64,000 bases of DNA, from positions 6,758,001-6,822,000 of the forward strand of contig OZ193910.1 in assembly GCA_964276515.1 (NCBI GenBank), read 5' to 3'. Shown here in pieces: positions 37,030 to 51,800 of the stretch; the first letter of the stretch is position 1, and each line of letters opens with the position of its first letter. The position numbers and the translations under genes are program-made. The DNA is from Gordius albopunctatus. Taxonomy: Eukaryota. Below the pieces are notes generated by a model. The model was not told the DNA's origin, ran no database searches, and saw only the letters and a list, made by a program, of their open reading frames with translations.

Positions 37030-37943
37030 CTTGTTCTTCTTTATCAGTTATTTGGTCCCAAATTGGTGGGGTTTGTTTTGATAAGTTTCTTCCATCTTGA
37101 CCGAGTGAGTGCCATGTCTTGACTAATCTCTTTAGTTTCCATAACTTTATCGACTTGCCCTTTCCACGTGACACGGGGTCGTCCTCTTCCTCTCTTCCCC
37201 GGTACCTCCATGTCCAGTACTTTTCGATTTAGGTTATTCGTGTCCCTTCTTAGTATATGCCCATACCACCTTAGCCGATTTTCGTTAATCATGTCCGCCA
37301 TAGGTTTAATACCCATTTTTGTCATGAGAAAGTCATTCGTCATATGGTCGAGCTTAGTATACCCCAAGCTCCACCGTATCATTCTAATCTCTTTGGCTTG
37401 TAATAGCTTTAATTCCGTGGTGTTTAATGCCCATGTTTCACTTCCATAGAGTAACACCGGTCTTACGATGGATTTGTAAGCTTTGCTCTTCAACCATATT
37501 GGCATTTTCTTGTCGAGCCGAGGTATGTGAACCTGTCTACTTTTGGGTAATTTAGATGGTCATCCAGCGATCGGGTGCCTGTACCGATCATTTCCATGTA
37601 TACCGTTTTTCTATCGTTGACCTTTAAACTATATCCAGCTAAGCGCTGTGAAAATTTTTCGGCTTCTTCGAATACTTTCTCTCTTGTTTCCTCGCATAGT
37701 AATATATCATCGGCATATAGCATACACCATGGCGAAGGCTTTTGAACGTCCCTCGTTATCGTGTCTATAATTTTATTAAATAAAAAGGGACTTAAAGCAG
37801 AGCCTTGATGTAATCCAATATTAACCCGAAAAGGTTTAGAGTCTCCAACTGTCGTCCTAACGCAAGAGTTTAAAGCTTCATAAATATTTTTCATAAGCCG
37901 TATATATGCGTCAGGGATATTTTGTTTCATCAGGCACCACCAT
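37030..37943 (-). mobile_element. 5'-truncated RTE LINE, same family as 13384-18700
   Basis: ORFs 37490-37930 (YADD) and 37044-37505 closely match 13395-14368; TSD CCG(C/T)CCTAT. Confidence 0.92.
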
Positions 37944-38041
37944 CCGTCCTATAATAATAATAATTGACGTGAAAAATAAGCAAAAAAATGACTTTGATTT
38001 AATGTTTCAAATCGTAAAAAGTTTCCATTTTTCGCAGCACA

Positions 38042-39489
38042 TAGTGTTTCTATCTCGTCTCGTCTCGGTCTCAAAAACAAAATCTCGTCTCGTCTCAGCA
38101 GCGATTATGAAGATCTCGATCTCGTCTCGGTCTAAAAAAATCTCGATCTCGTCTCGACGAAAATTCTCGTCTCGTCTCGACTTTAAAAAAAATATATAAG
38201 GAATAAAATTTTTTCCTGTTTTATTAAAAATATTAAATAAGTTTTAAAAAATTAAAATGGCAAATTTTTATATTTTTTGATAAACTTTAATACACAAACT
38301 TTTTAAAGATTTAGCGGGACACGACATCTCATTTTCAATATAAAGATATGAATTCGTTCAAAAAATAACATTTACTATGGAAAGTGCAGACTAAAAAACT
38401 ATAAATAAATTTGAAATATAGAAAATTAAATTTTATTGTTCTAGCAAATTATAACGTTTGTATCAAATCACCGTGTTTGTCAACTATATAGACTTAGAAA
38501 ATAATAATTTCGGTTATAGTTGACTTAGTTGCACAATTTAGCAAATTGAGACCTTTTATTAACCCTGGCTAAAGATTCAAAGTAGACCTTAACATATTTA
38601 AGGCAAAAATTTACGTCCATTAGTACCATTATTAATTATATCCCATAGTTTTTATTGCATGTTTACTATAGCGTTATTAACCACAATGTGCGAGTGACTT
38701 TTAATGGATAATATTATTATTTACATAATTGATAACTAGATGCGCATATAAAAACGGGTAGAGACAACAATAAAAGCAGCATTATTATAGGATTAGGAAT
38801 ATGAGGTTTTAAACTCTAAATTGCACGTATTTAAATTTATGACAAAAATAATTAAAATCAAATCTATATTCAAAATAATTATCTTCCAATTCTAACTAAC
38901 TTTGAAATTAAATAGTTATTTATCGAATATAGTTGAAGCATAAAACTTCTAGAAAACTCATGTTTTAGATATAATCTATTGCGGTGTCATTAAATAATCT
39001 ATTGTACTTTTTAAATCGTTAAAAAATCTCGAGCCACCTTAGCTTAACTAGTTCAATTATTCAAACTGATTGACCACCAATTTATAATTACCGCATTATG
39101 CAGGATGAATAACTGCGAAATATAAATATTCTTTGTTTATATTTACTATTCAATCAGAACTCATTCTAAGCCTATAATTTTGTAATATTTAATAATGCTA
39201 TGGATTTAAATATTTGATAAAAATATTATAAAATTATTCACATGCCCTAAGGGTCAACCATACTTAGGTAAATCCTGCAAATAATATAATATTTACAGGA
39301 ATTTTTTTAATGTCAAATATATTCCAGACGTATTAATTTAAACTTAATACCTTAAATGTAAATCATGTAAATTAAAATACACAATAATTTACTAAAATAT
39401 AACGATGAAAAAAATCGAGATCTCGCCGATAAAATCTCGTCTCGATCGCGACTCCATCCGAGATTTTTCTCGGTTTTTCCGCATCACTA
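38042..39489 (-). mobile_element. Non-autonomous hAT, GAGAC-rich family
   Basis: Ends TAGTGTTTCTATCTCG and CCGCATCACTA match 6493-7894 and 15635-16899; TSD degenerate. Confidence 0.82.
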
Positions 39490-39569
39490 AGCATATTCCT
39501 ACATTTATCACACTAACATAGTTTCATTTAGATAGGCAGTACGTCATGAGGTTGCATTTGATTGACATT

Positions 39570-39822
39570 TTAGGCAGCCGCCCCCCCCTAATTAAAAAAA
39601 ATTTTCAATATAAAAACCCTTAAAAATTATTTTTTGCCCCCCCCCCCCCTAATTAGCCACGGTAGGGCAGGGAGGGCGGCTTCTCCATGCGGGTCTCAGG
39701 AAAAATTTAGGAATTTAGTAGTTGAAGACCTTTTTTTGCTCATGAAAATTTTTGGATAGTCGAGAAATTTTTTTTTAAAATCTGCCCCCCCCCCCCTAAT
39801 TCAAAACCTGAGTACGCCCATG
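39570..39822. mobile_element. Partial CATGGGCGTA-type MITE between duplicated Helitron segments
   Basis: Ends GTACGCCCATG and has poly-C tracts; 39823-39970 repeats 37992-38041 plus 39490-39570. Confidence 0.55.
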
Positions 39823-41515
39823 CTTTGATTTAATGTTTCAAATCGGAAAAAGTTTCCATTTTCCGCAGCACATGCCTACATTTATCACACTACACTACCT
39901 ACTCGCATGCACACACATAGTTTCATTTAAATGGCAGTACGTCATGAGGTTGCGTTTGATTGACGTTTTTATTAAACGGCAAAAAATATAAAACAAACTA
40001 ACTCAAAAACTAATGGATCGATTTGGCTCGAACATATCTTAAAATATGCTTCGGAGTGTGGGGAATAAACTGTGAAACTTTGAGCCAAATCGGTCCGGTA
40101 GTTCTCCAAAATTAGTGGCGGTATACATACATACACACATAGTTTCATTTTTATATTTTTATATATAAGATTAGCTGTAGACATTACAACGTTGTAAAAA
40201 CAACAATAAAAGAAGCATTGTTACTGGTAGGAAACCGAGTCTTGAGGTTTTCAATTAATTGCACACGTGTAATTTTATATCAAATACTTTTATATTCAAA
40301 ACCTAAACGATTCTATTGTAAGTCACCGTCCCAAACAGGCACTAATTATTTTTATTAATAAATCGTATGCTCATATGTTTTAGTGAGTTCAAAACCGCAT
40401 AGAAAAGTCAGTGGATTAGAGTTCACTTATCAATTCTACCTTTGTAATGTGAAAGATAATTCAAATGGCAAAACAAATAAATAATGTTATGTATAGCCGG
40501 ATTTTAGAGATTTACAATGATTCCAGAATACAAACTTTATTCTAATGATTTAATTTAATGCTTTGTAGGCTATCGTTCGGCAGGCACAGAAGTCGCTGGG
40601 ATGCATAAAAAATCTTTGGCTTATGTAGCCCAATTAATATATTTAGTATGATAAGCAAGCAAAATTTATTACCTCAATTACACACGAACTTAAAGAATTT
40701 TTCTATATCAAGGGGAAAATCACCATGGAAATTGTAAAATTCAATACAATCTAAATCCATGGCTCGATGCCAGCTCATTAATTTAATATATTTTAGCATG
40801 TAACAGACACAATTATTTGGAAATAAACCTCTATCGCGCAAAAAAATAATTAATTTGTTACAGAACTAATGATTTGCTAAATTTTATAATAAAATAGAAA
40901 ATTTTTTATATGCTTTTGTTAAGAATTAGCTGGATTAAAATAATTGCTAATTTTTTTAAAATGAATTTTCTATTTTGTATTTGCTTGCTAAGTATTTATA
41001 TATATATTTTTTTTAAATATTGACATTTTATCTGACCCGTTACGGGGCCATTTTTACAATTTCAAATAAGCTTCAAAGTTCAACAAAAGCAAAAAATGTT
41101 ACAATTAAAACAAGAAACTTACCCTCCCATGGACCTGGTATTTTAGTTTTATCAAAAAATGTAAGTGATATAAAGGTTTGTGCTTTATTTTATAATAATT
41201 TTATTTGCAAACACATCGTGGGATTACTTATAATAATATTCGTTTGACAAGTAGTATGGCTGGATCGATAAAATCAGTTAGAGAAAAATGGCATTTAATA
41301 TCTCGGGCTGATAAAGTGGATATTTATGAAAAAAAATGTGGAGATCAAACGACACTAGCTTTATGCATTATAATTTTTGGGTGATACAATGTTTAAGAAT
41401 TAGGTATTTCGCATAATAAATATAGTCATGAAATTTAGCGTCTAGCCCATCATGACAACTTTTTTTAACAACCCATTTAATTTTAATGTAAAAACCAAGT
41501 ATTTAAAAGATTTAG

Positions 41516-42702
41516 TAGAGTTGTTAAATTGCTAACTTTCTTTGATTCCAGCTCCCATCTGCTCGAGTTTCTGCTCGGCCTTTGAGCATTTTTATATGCT
41601 ACTGTTCTGCCTAGTGCACCTTTCGGGATAGTTTTATTAAATATCCAAATACAAGAGCAAGTGTCTTTTGAGAAAAATAAGTGCGTTTATATAATCGCGC
41701 CTTAATTGAATAAACAATTAAATTTAGTGTTGAGTCCTCGAGGTGTTTGTGATGAGTCAATTAACGTCGCGAGGTAATGGACGCAACGCTGCAAATACTC
41801 TCCTTCGTAGACGTGGAGCGTTACTTAAAATTGAAAAAAAATTTTTGGTTGATGTAAAGTATGTGTAAAGGATGTTCGTACTACCAGCCAGTTTTGTCTC
41901 CGCCTACCGTGGTTGTTAGTGAGGTGACCGAGGTGTGAGTTGCGTGTATGTTGTTGTGATGCTATCCAATATATTAATAAGATCCATGCCGCGGGCAGAG
42001 GTATCTATAGTGGAATTGCAATCGGTCATCAACTAGACCGGTAAGCGGTGGTGAGAACGTTGGTAGTAGGTGTCATTGTTTTGCCGAACGTAGTCTTTGC
42101 TCGTTGCAAGAGGCCATGTAGTGTTGATGTTGAGATGGGTTTTGTGATTAGTGCCATGCGCAGCAGTGGACGGGCGTCCGGCAGACGTTGTTGTTGTCTA
42201 TGTAGAGGTGTAGTAGAACATCATGTTTTTCTTCGTAGAAACACACAGGTAGGTAGGCAACTTGTCACAGCAGTCGGACACGTATTGCTAGAGGTGTTAA
42301 GAGGTTGAAGTTTTGTTGCAGCTCGATCGTGGATGCTGGATTGCCAAAAATAGTGCCTAATATTTAAGGGCGTATTCAGGGGGAGTTTTTTAAAAAAAAT
42401 ATATGGCTCCCTCGAACGGTATCACTAATTTCGGGATAGTTTTATTAAATATCCAAATACAAGAGCAAGTGTCTTTTGAGAAAATAAGTGCGTTTATATA
42501 ATCGCGCATTAATTGAATAAACAATTAAATTTAGTGTTGAGTCCTCGAGCTGTTTGTGATTGGTCAATTAACGTCGCGAGGTAATGGACGCAACGCTACA
42601 CACCAAACAGCCAGCACATATTGTGTTAACGCGCATATTAAGCAACTCAGTGTGAGTGCTCGCGTTTGGAGTTTGAAGAAACTTAGCAATTTAACAACTC
42701 TA
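41516..42702. mobile_element. hAT MITE containing a nested TRIM, ending 121 bp upstream of the IPO7 ATG
   Basis: TIR TAGAGTTGTTAAATTGCTAA; TSD AGATTTAG (41508-41515, 42703-42710). Confidence 0.9.
41621..42600 (-). mobile_element. TRIM-like miniature LTR element (980 bp)
   Basis: LTRs 41621-41793 and 42429-42600; TSD CACC; PPT GAAGGAGAG at about 41797-41807; degenerate PBS TAGTGATACCG at about 42416-42427; no recognisable coding region. Confidence 0.88.
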
Positions 42703-42823
42703 AGATTTAGTATTGAAAAAGCATGACTCCTCTTTATATTGCGCATCGCATTTGAAAAATTAAAAAATGTATCAAATCCTCCATAATTCATTCATTTAAA
42801 GCATTTGTATTTTTTATAACAAA

Positions 42824-45800
42824 ATGATTAGTCAAGATCTTCTTGTTGAATATCTTCAAGCCTCACTTAATCCAAATCAAAAAGATAGTGCAGAACAACA
42901 ACTTAAACAAGTAAATCTGAATCTTATCATATGGAAATATTATCTTGATATTAGTTAAACGAAATATTGGGATTTTCATCATCACTTTTACAAATCATTG
43001 TTAGAGATGATAATAAGATGCCTATACGCCAAGCAGGTTGATTTGCAATAAAAGCTATATAATAAAATTTTTTAGCTGCTATTTATTTTAAAAATTATGT
43101 GAAAAACAATTGGTCTACCTCTACAAATGAGAAAATCAATGATCAAAATGTAGGGAGTTTGGTAATATCTGAAAATGATAAAAATGTAATCAAAGAAAAT
43201 ATTATTGAGGCTATGATATATTCTCCTGAAATATTAAGGTATTTTAGATTATTTGTAAATTTTAATATTTTTATATAGGTCTCAACTATCAATTTGTGTT
43301 AGCACAATTATTAAATATGATTTTCCTCATAACTGGGTCAAGTTAATAGAAAAACTGCGCAATTTTCTTGTTTCCAATGATATTAATGTATTTATGGGAG
43401 GTTTACTATGTCTGCATCAGTTAGCAAAAAATTATGAGTATGTTATTTGTCTTTTTGACTTTTGAATTTATAACATCAATATATTCTAACAAGTAACAAT
43501 TGTGTGAATTTGGGTTTATAATAAATATAACCATCATATTTTAGTAATGAAATACTTTTAGTTTAGTTGATTTTTATTCAAATTTTGTTCAAAATTACAT
43601 GTCATATTGAGCCAAAATATTTAGTAATTAATTTATTGTATTTTAAAAAACAAATTATATTCTATAATATCTTTAAATCATGATTTAAACAATTTACTTA
43701 ATAAAAATCTCAAATAACATTAGGTATAAGCGGACCAAGGAAAGAGAACCTTTATATACTGCACTTGAAGAATTATTGCCCCTCATGAGCAACAAATTTA
43801 ATCAATTATTTCTAGATAATGAAGAACCATCATTAAACGTTCAAAAACAAATATTTAAAACCATTTATTGTGCAATACAAGTAACATTAACCTATCACAA
43901 ATTATTTTGAATATAATAGTTTCAACTACCACCACAATTTATGAACCATGCAAATTTTTCAAGATGGATGCAAATATTTTTAACTGCTTTAAATAATCCT
44001 ATTCCTAATGTAAATATCACATTATTATATAATATCATATGTATATTATCATATGTTTTCTAGATAATTGACGAATTAGATAATGATGACAAAGCTGCAT
44101 CTGTATGGTGGAAATGTAAAAAATGGGTTTTCCATATATTATGCAGAATCTTTGAAAGGTTAAATTTTTAAGCTTAGTTTATTAACTTACACTTTATTGT
44201 CTAAATATTAATCTACATTTCTTGTTTCTAGGTATGGGTCTCCACTAATAGTTAGTAAAGAATACAAAGAATTTTCACAATATTATATGATAACCTACAC
44301 AGGTAAATATTTGATATTGTGTTTTAATAATATTATAAAGTAATATGCACCTTAACACACTTTATTATGTTATAACTAGCTACCATTATTGCAACAATAC
44401 TTAAGTTTTTGGAAAGTTACCAACTAAATTCTTATGTATCTCCACGTGTCCTACAGTTTTCTTTTGCCTACCTTACTGATTGGTAAGTCTAGTATCTTTT
44501 TTTCCAATAATTCATTTTAGTGTTTCTCCTTCCTTTTGCTGGAAATTAATGAAACCACATGTTCAGGTTAGATTTCAATAAAGTTAATTTACATGTATTA
44601 AACCTTTTTAAGCTTCAGATTTTTTTTAATATAGTATAGTTGAATTTGGCAATTATTCAATAACAATAAAGTTGGAAATTTTAAAGTCTTTATCATTTTT
44701 TTTATGGATTATATCATAGCTATAGTTATCTATACTCTAAAGCTACATTTTGTTTTATATCAACTCTACCCCTCTTTCCCCATTACATGGCTTCATAGTT
44801 TTTTAAAATTGTATAAGCGGTTTAAAGTCACCTTCTTCACTGTATATGGAACAGGTCACACTGTTTGAGTGGTAAAGACGTAACTTAATGCAATATTTAG
44901 CACATTTTTGCTATTAATTATGTTACATAAATAATTGATTTGGGATGGATTGATATTTGTTTGATTTGGTTGAGCTGATCAAAAATATAAATAAGTTATA
45001 ACAATGTATTTGCATAGTGATTAGGCATAGTTATAATTAAAACAACTCTGGTTCATTCAAGTTTTTACTGAGACACTCAATTGGGAAATATCTAAATTTA
45101 TGAAATATTTAAAATACATTTAATATTTTTGCCATCAAACTCTTTTTAGTAAATCAATTTTAGCTCTTTATTAATTTTTATTTATAAATATTTTCTTAAT
45201 ATATGTGCTATCAAAACGTAATGTAATGATTTATTAGGGAATAAAAGCAAAAGGTTGTTTTTGATTTATTGATAAATTGCTGTTTAAAAAAGTTTTTTTG
45301 TTAAAAAAATTGTTTAGGGAAGTGTTATTCGAATCTAGCACCTAGCTCTTTTTATTTAAAAATTAAAACCACTTTGCGTAAAAAAACTTGGCAAGTGTAA
45401 TAAATCTCTGAGAAGATAAATAAAAAGATGAACATTTAATCAAAAACTCGGCCAATTGAATGAAAAACTTGAAAAATGGCAAAAAAAATTTGCACTTTGA
45501 ATAACAAACTATGCAAAATAATTTGTTATGTTCATTAATTTATAGCTAAATTTTCCCAATATAATAATAAAAGAATCTTGCGATTATTATAACAAAAAAT
45601 CGCCTCCCACGTCGTTCATTAAGATTTGTGTATTATAAATATTTTCTTTAAAAGTGTACTGCCTTGCCTTACGACGTATATATAAATAATTTGTTAAATG
45701 GGAATTTTTTACCTAGATACTTCTCAGGGACATTATATTTAAGATTCTTAAGTACAGCGATGACGACGCATTCCAATGGGAAAATGATCCGATTGAGTAT

Positions 45801-48800
45801 ATACGCACAAAATTTGGTAAATGTTCGCTTTTTTAGTTATCACCTTCCCTTTGCTTCACTTTTTCCAAGTTTTTTGTTACGACGCCCAGTGCTGTAAAAA
45901 CGACTGGGGGGTTTTGTTTGGTCGACCTTTGGTTTTAGTTACCTAAACATAAACAGATCAAGGTTTTTTAGCCGGTTTGTGTCTTGTCGGTCGACCTGTA
46001 AGCTTAGTCAAAATTTGAAAAAGAGACGAGAGTCGACCCTTACTCTTAGTTGAACCAAGGGTCGACCAAAAGAAACCCATCTGCCCTTTTTGCAACACTA
46101 TTACGCATGTTTATCATTATATATATATATTTACTATATTAAAGAATTACTTAAGTTGCGCTAATAATATCATTATTAGATTTCTATGAAGATTTCATTT
46201 CCCCCGTAACTGCAGCTAAAAATCTTACCTTTGCCATGTGTCACCGAAGACAGGGTAAGTTAATGTTGTTGCTTTTAACCGATTGTTATGAATTAATAAT
46301 ACAATTTGTCTGCAAAAACTTATATTGAACATATCTTTTTTAAGGTATTTTTTGATTTTAGGCTAATGGACTTATTTATTCACTTAGTCAGAATAATTGC
46401 AACCTTGTATTTAGCTTAAAAATGAAACATTTAGACTTAGTGGGTTGAATTTTTGATTTTTTGGATATATTGATCTATTTGCCCTATTACCAAGTTTAAT
46501 GGTTAGCTTTGCCAATTATTGACTTTTTTATAACATCGGATAAATAATATATTTTATATCCAATGTAATAAAATAACCTATGACAGACCGCGTAAATTTC
46601 CATTACTTTATAATCGAATCTTAAGGGTTTTTCTTAAATTAGTTAAAATATTAACGCATTTATTAAGTATAAAGCTTGGGACTATTATGTAGCTAAATTC
46701 ACATCTTCTACTCTGTGCCTTATTTTTTTAAACAAACCATTTCAATGTGTCACATGGTAAAATAATATAGACTAAAAAGATATTGAAAAACCTCTAAAAA
46801 TCTCTGAATGAGCAAATACAATTTAAATTTTATATTGCGTTAGTTTTCATGTGCAATATTTTTCTTCAGGTATTAAACAAAGCAATCCTTCAAAGTTGTA
46901 TTATTTTGAAATATATGCACATAGGACCTGAATAAATATTTAAAACTCAGTATTAATAATAATAATAAATTAGAAATCTAAAAAATGGTGGCGAGAACAA
47001 CGCTCGCCCTATAATAATTTTATCAAAGATTTGTACCACAGTGGAGATGTAGCAGTAAAAAAAAGATCATACATTAGTTAAACATTTTTCTCGATCTGCC
47101 GATGGCTAGAATACAACTTATTTTCGCTAGCGCGCTTAATAACATCACTTTTTGCTTTAATTTTGAAGTAATAAATAGTGATTTAAATTTTTTTTACATA
47201 GACTGCACAAGCCTTTTCCTTATCTAAATTTGTCTAAAATACTCTGTTTTTATTACTTTTTTTAGCTTTTAACGTTGATAATTTAGGGTACTAATTTTGG
47301 AACAACATTTTATGACAATTTATTTGCCTTTAACATATATTTTGTTAATATTAAAAATTGAAATGGACATATAATTATAATATAGAAAGTTAAAAAAACT
47401 TATAAATATCCACGAAGTTTTACTTCAATTTTAAAAGTCACCTTACTTAAAAAGGATATCTAAATATAAGCCTGAAATCTATAAGAATTATCAAATTGAA
47501 ATAATGCAAAGTTGTTAAATTTTTAAATAAAAATCTCTTCGGAGAATTAGACCAAAAACCAATCGAGAATCGAAACAAATTGAGTTGGGAAGATTTTAAA
47601 AATAATTTTAGGTCAAATCAAGATACTTTATTTTAAATCTCGAACTAATCATAAATCTAGTTAGTATATCCATTTTTGGCAGGAGAATTTTTTAATAGTA
47701 TGTCTTATAGGCAAAACTACTGATGGAATTAAAATTATTAATAGTATAACCGCTAATTCAATTGAACGAAATTTAGCTGTTATATTTAATATTAAAAACT
47801 GGAAATTAATATTAAAATCTGCAAAAAATAGTGATAAGGTTTTATATTTTCAAAAAAGCTACCGTACAAATAAAAATACCTTATTTATTGATAAGACATG
47901 ATATGTTAAGACTTAAAGCGGCTGTAATTTCATTAATATAAGTTTTCAGCTAATCGTTATTTGAGAAGTATATAGTGATAATTTTTTCCTATTCCAATTA
48001 TTTATTGAACTTTTTACAATTCGATATTGAAACAAAGGTGTGGTGGATGATACGCTTGCTTTGTGCGTGACATCTCTTCAGCAATCTAGTCAAGGTGGCG
48101 TCGTTTGCCAAAACGAAGACTCCAATAGGAATATAGATGGTGCTCTTAATGTAATCGGCACCCTTGCTGATATACTGTGTTCAAGACCCTCCTTCAAAGA
48201 TCAAATCGAACCGTTTGTTATCAATTATATTTTCCCCAATTTTTCGCATCCAAAGGGCTATCTACGGGCTAGGGTATTTTGGATGAACCACGTCATTTTA
48301 TCCCGATTTTCACTATTCTTTTTACTCGGCTAATTCATTTTTTGTAGGCTTGTTGGTTGATATATCAATTCAAAAGTGTCAAGTATTCTCCCGAAACAGC
48401 ATTGAAAGTTGTTCAAACCATCCTTACAATGCTTCTCAAAGATTCAGATCTTCCAGTTAAGGTAGAAGCATGCATTGCCCTCAAAACTTTAGCTAGTCGC
48501 GATGAGACAGGTTAATTTAATTTAATGTCTTTAAATTTTTTTATTACAGCCAAACAAGCTCTGATCCCTCATTTAAAGGATATCATTACAGGTAGATCTG
48601 CATGTTCCTGTTGATTAAATATAATAATTTTAGAACTTCTTAATGTTGTCCATCAATCATTGAATGAGGAAATGACTACAATTTTAAAAGATTTTGTCGA
48701 TCTATATTCGGAATTCACCAAACCGTTAGCTCTGGATATGGTGAATCAAACTGTGAGTATCACTCTTTTCTTTCTTTTCACTTTTATTATAATTGCAGTT

Positions 48801-51800
48801 CTATTTATTTTTTCCTAATTGTTTAGTACTTCATCTTACAAAGTGTTGAAGATAAAAAAGACGATGAAGAAATTCGTATGTTTGTGAGTGGTTTATTGGA
48901 AGTCATTGAAATTATCATAGAAATGCTTGATGAAAATAAAGTGGTAAGCTTCGATAAAGACTTAATAAAAGTATTCTTATAATCTATGCAGGCCATACAA
49001 CTTATCTGTCCTCAAGTTATTATGATCATACGTCTAGTTTTAGAAAAATTTAATTGTGACGACGATAGTGAAGGTATTTATTTTTGTTTTTTTAAACACA
49101 TTTTTTAAGATTTTTACGACGAGATAATATCAATAATATACGCTCTCACATCATTCACGATACCATCGGACGCTTGGCACTTACTTCCATTTTTGTACCA
49201 GATATTTTTAAAAGACAAAGAATCCTTTTTTACCGGTATTTCTTTAGATCATAATAGACATTATTTAAATTTATATCATAAATGACATTGCTTATACGAT
49301 GAGTATTTTAATATTTAGAAATGCTCCCGATTTGGCATAATTTCATTACGATAGATAGCGAAGCGTTTTTAGGCCACCCTAGCCATTTGGAACTAACTTA
49401 TACCATGTGCAAAGAAGTATTATTTTTACTAATAAACATTACTCCTATTAACTTTTTGTTAAGTAATATTTATTTATTGAATAGTTTGTATCGGAAAATT
49501 TAAACCTAAATTTTAATAATAACTAAAAGGGTATTTTTTTCGATTCTCAGGTTATCCAAGGTGACAATGATGAAGATATGCAACTTCGAGCGGTAAAATT
49601 GCTGGAAGTCATTTTGTTCCAATGTCATAATATGCAAGATAAGGTATTATTTAATAGTCTATTAATGGATTGTGGTAACTAAATTCTCTCAATTTTATAG
49701 TTAATACCACCCATTTTGGATGTTGTGATTGCCCGCCTGTTTAATCGTGAAATTGCGACGATGGAACTTAAATTAATGAATTTGCAGATAATCATTGCAT
49801 CGTTGTTTCTTAATCCTCGTCTCACGTTTGAAAAAATGGCTGAAATTGGAAGCGTTTTACTTTGCCTTACGGAAAAGCCACTTCAAGATCGTTTCATTGA
49901 AATGTGGTTTGAAAATATGGACATCTTTTACGGGTTAGTTACATAGTCTATTTAAAAATTAATAAAAAAAATTTTCTGCGTATTTGATTCTTAAATATAC
50001 TTATTTTTTATAATTTTATAGCTACATCTAAATTTAAATTTCATAACCTTTTGATTCAATTTCTTTTAAATTTTGCCTCAAGTCTTTTACTGGCAATGAA
50101 TTGAAATATTATTAAGGGGATATAAAGGTTTAGTTAGGGAATAATCATGGATTATCATTATACTCTTATTTGCCTTATTTATAAAATGTCACATTTATAG
50201 CAATAATTATGCCTATCTGATATTTTATATACTTTTAGGCAACTCAACTAATTTCTTTTTAATTGTACACATCGAACCCTTTTCCCTTTTTTAAAAAATA
50301 AACAGTTTTGTTAATTGCAAAGTATTGATTAATTTTACCATCTATTCTATCACATAAAGTTTTTATGGGAAATAAAATTTGACTAATAAATAAAACTAGA
50401 TGAACCCGGCAAACCAAACGTTGTTTTGCCATTTACCCGGGTGTATTAAATTATGTGCGAATTTTAGGGCATATATGATGGTAACTATTGTTCTATTTCC
50501 GTATACAGTGCAAGCGTACGAATACAACATAACGCAATATTAAATCAAATTTGTTAAAATATAAAAAAATAATTAAATTAATTTTAAATGTAAAACTTTT
50601 ATAAATTTTTTTTATCCTTCTAAAGAATGAAATTTGCAACTACCTTAAAAATTCTTTAAACAAAAAAATATTCCGATAATTTATAGATTGCCGGGATTTA
50701 AAAAAATTTACCTTTATTAAAGGCCGAGAGAATTCCGATTATTTGTAGATTGTGTCATCAGCATTGGCATTTGTATAACTTTTAAACTGGTAAAAATATA
50801 TATTTAAATTTTCAAAGAACACGATGACGTTGCGCTTGATTGACATTTTATTAAACGTCAAAACGTATAAACCAAACTCGAAAACTACTGCACCGATTTA
50901 GCTCGAACAAATCTTAAAACATGCTCCGGAGTGTCAACAATAAACTGTGAAATTTTGAGCTAAATCGGTCTGGAAGTTTTCCAAAATTGGTGGCGGCATA
51001 AACACACATATAAGTTTCATTTTTATATATAAGATAGCGTTATATTTTCGTTTAAATTTTACCTAGTTTATTGAGGCGGAAAGAGAATGTTTGTAAAATT
51101 TATTTTAATTTAGTAACTACAATATTTTTTTCTATACGAGTAAAAAGTTTTTATTATTATATCTTTAAAAGAAACTGGGACTTGATTTTTTTAATTACTA
51201 AAGCTTGAAATTTAAAATAGTAAGAACTTGAACTAGCTCCTTTAACATCTCTAAATTTGTATTACTATTGTTACTAGTTTACACGACAATAAAGTGTGCT
51301 TATTTGGGTTGTGTACCCTTTTGCGCCTTCCACCTGAGCTTCGGCCTAAACTTCTCAGCGATAAGTATTTCACCAAAGTAGTACCTACCATTGCAAAACG
51401 CATGGATGAAATTATGAAAATTAATCAAGGTATGGTTAAATGAATATCTCGAAATACGTTTTTTCCTTTATGAAATTTAATTGTTACGTCGGTTTCTAAA
51501 AGCATACGCAGAATTTTAAGTAAGATTTGGCTAAACGTGTCTATAACTATTTTACTTAAATGAAAGAGTTAAAAGGTTGTTATACATTTTTAAAATGAGA
51601 CCCTTTTTCAAAATTCACCCCATGTTCAGGTAAATATAAATATAAACGTTTAATGTATTTTAATTTCTTTTTTATTACCTTCTTCTTCGCTTCCGTTAAA
51701 TTATTAACCTTTTAATCATCAAGAACATTTTAGAATTTTTCAAATAAATTTATAATCAAAAAAGGAATTAAATAGTAATTGATGTATCCCATAAAACAAC

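Larger units (their letters stand above)
32412..40170 (-). mobile_element. Helitron family A copy expanded to 7.8 kb by nested insertions
   Basis: CTAG plus hairpin at 32412 and TC 5' end at 40170. Family-A sequence resumes at 36624, 37944 and 39490. Confidence 0.8.

Noticed and set aside
42048..42308. 86-aa Cys/Val-rich ORF in the TRIM interior
   Set aside because: GTG start, low-complexity G/T-rich strand and no recognisable motif; no support as a gene.
47560..47900. Possible decayed LINE RT C-terminal fragment in IPO7 intron 12
   Set aside because: Only a faint ERNLAVIF resemblance; too degenerate to support by eye.
48791..48798. Alternative IPO7 acceptor AATTGCAG
   Set aside because: It lies 28 nt upstream of the in-frame acceptor at 48826 and would shift the frame.
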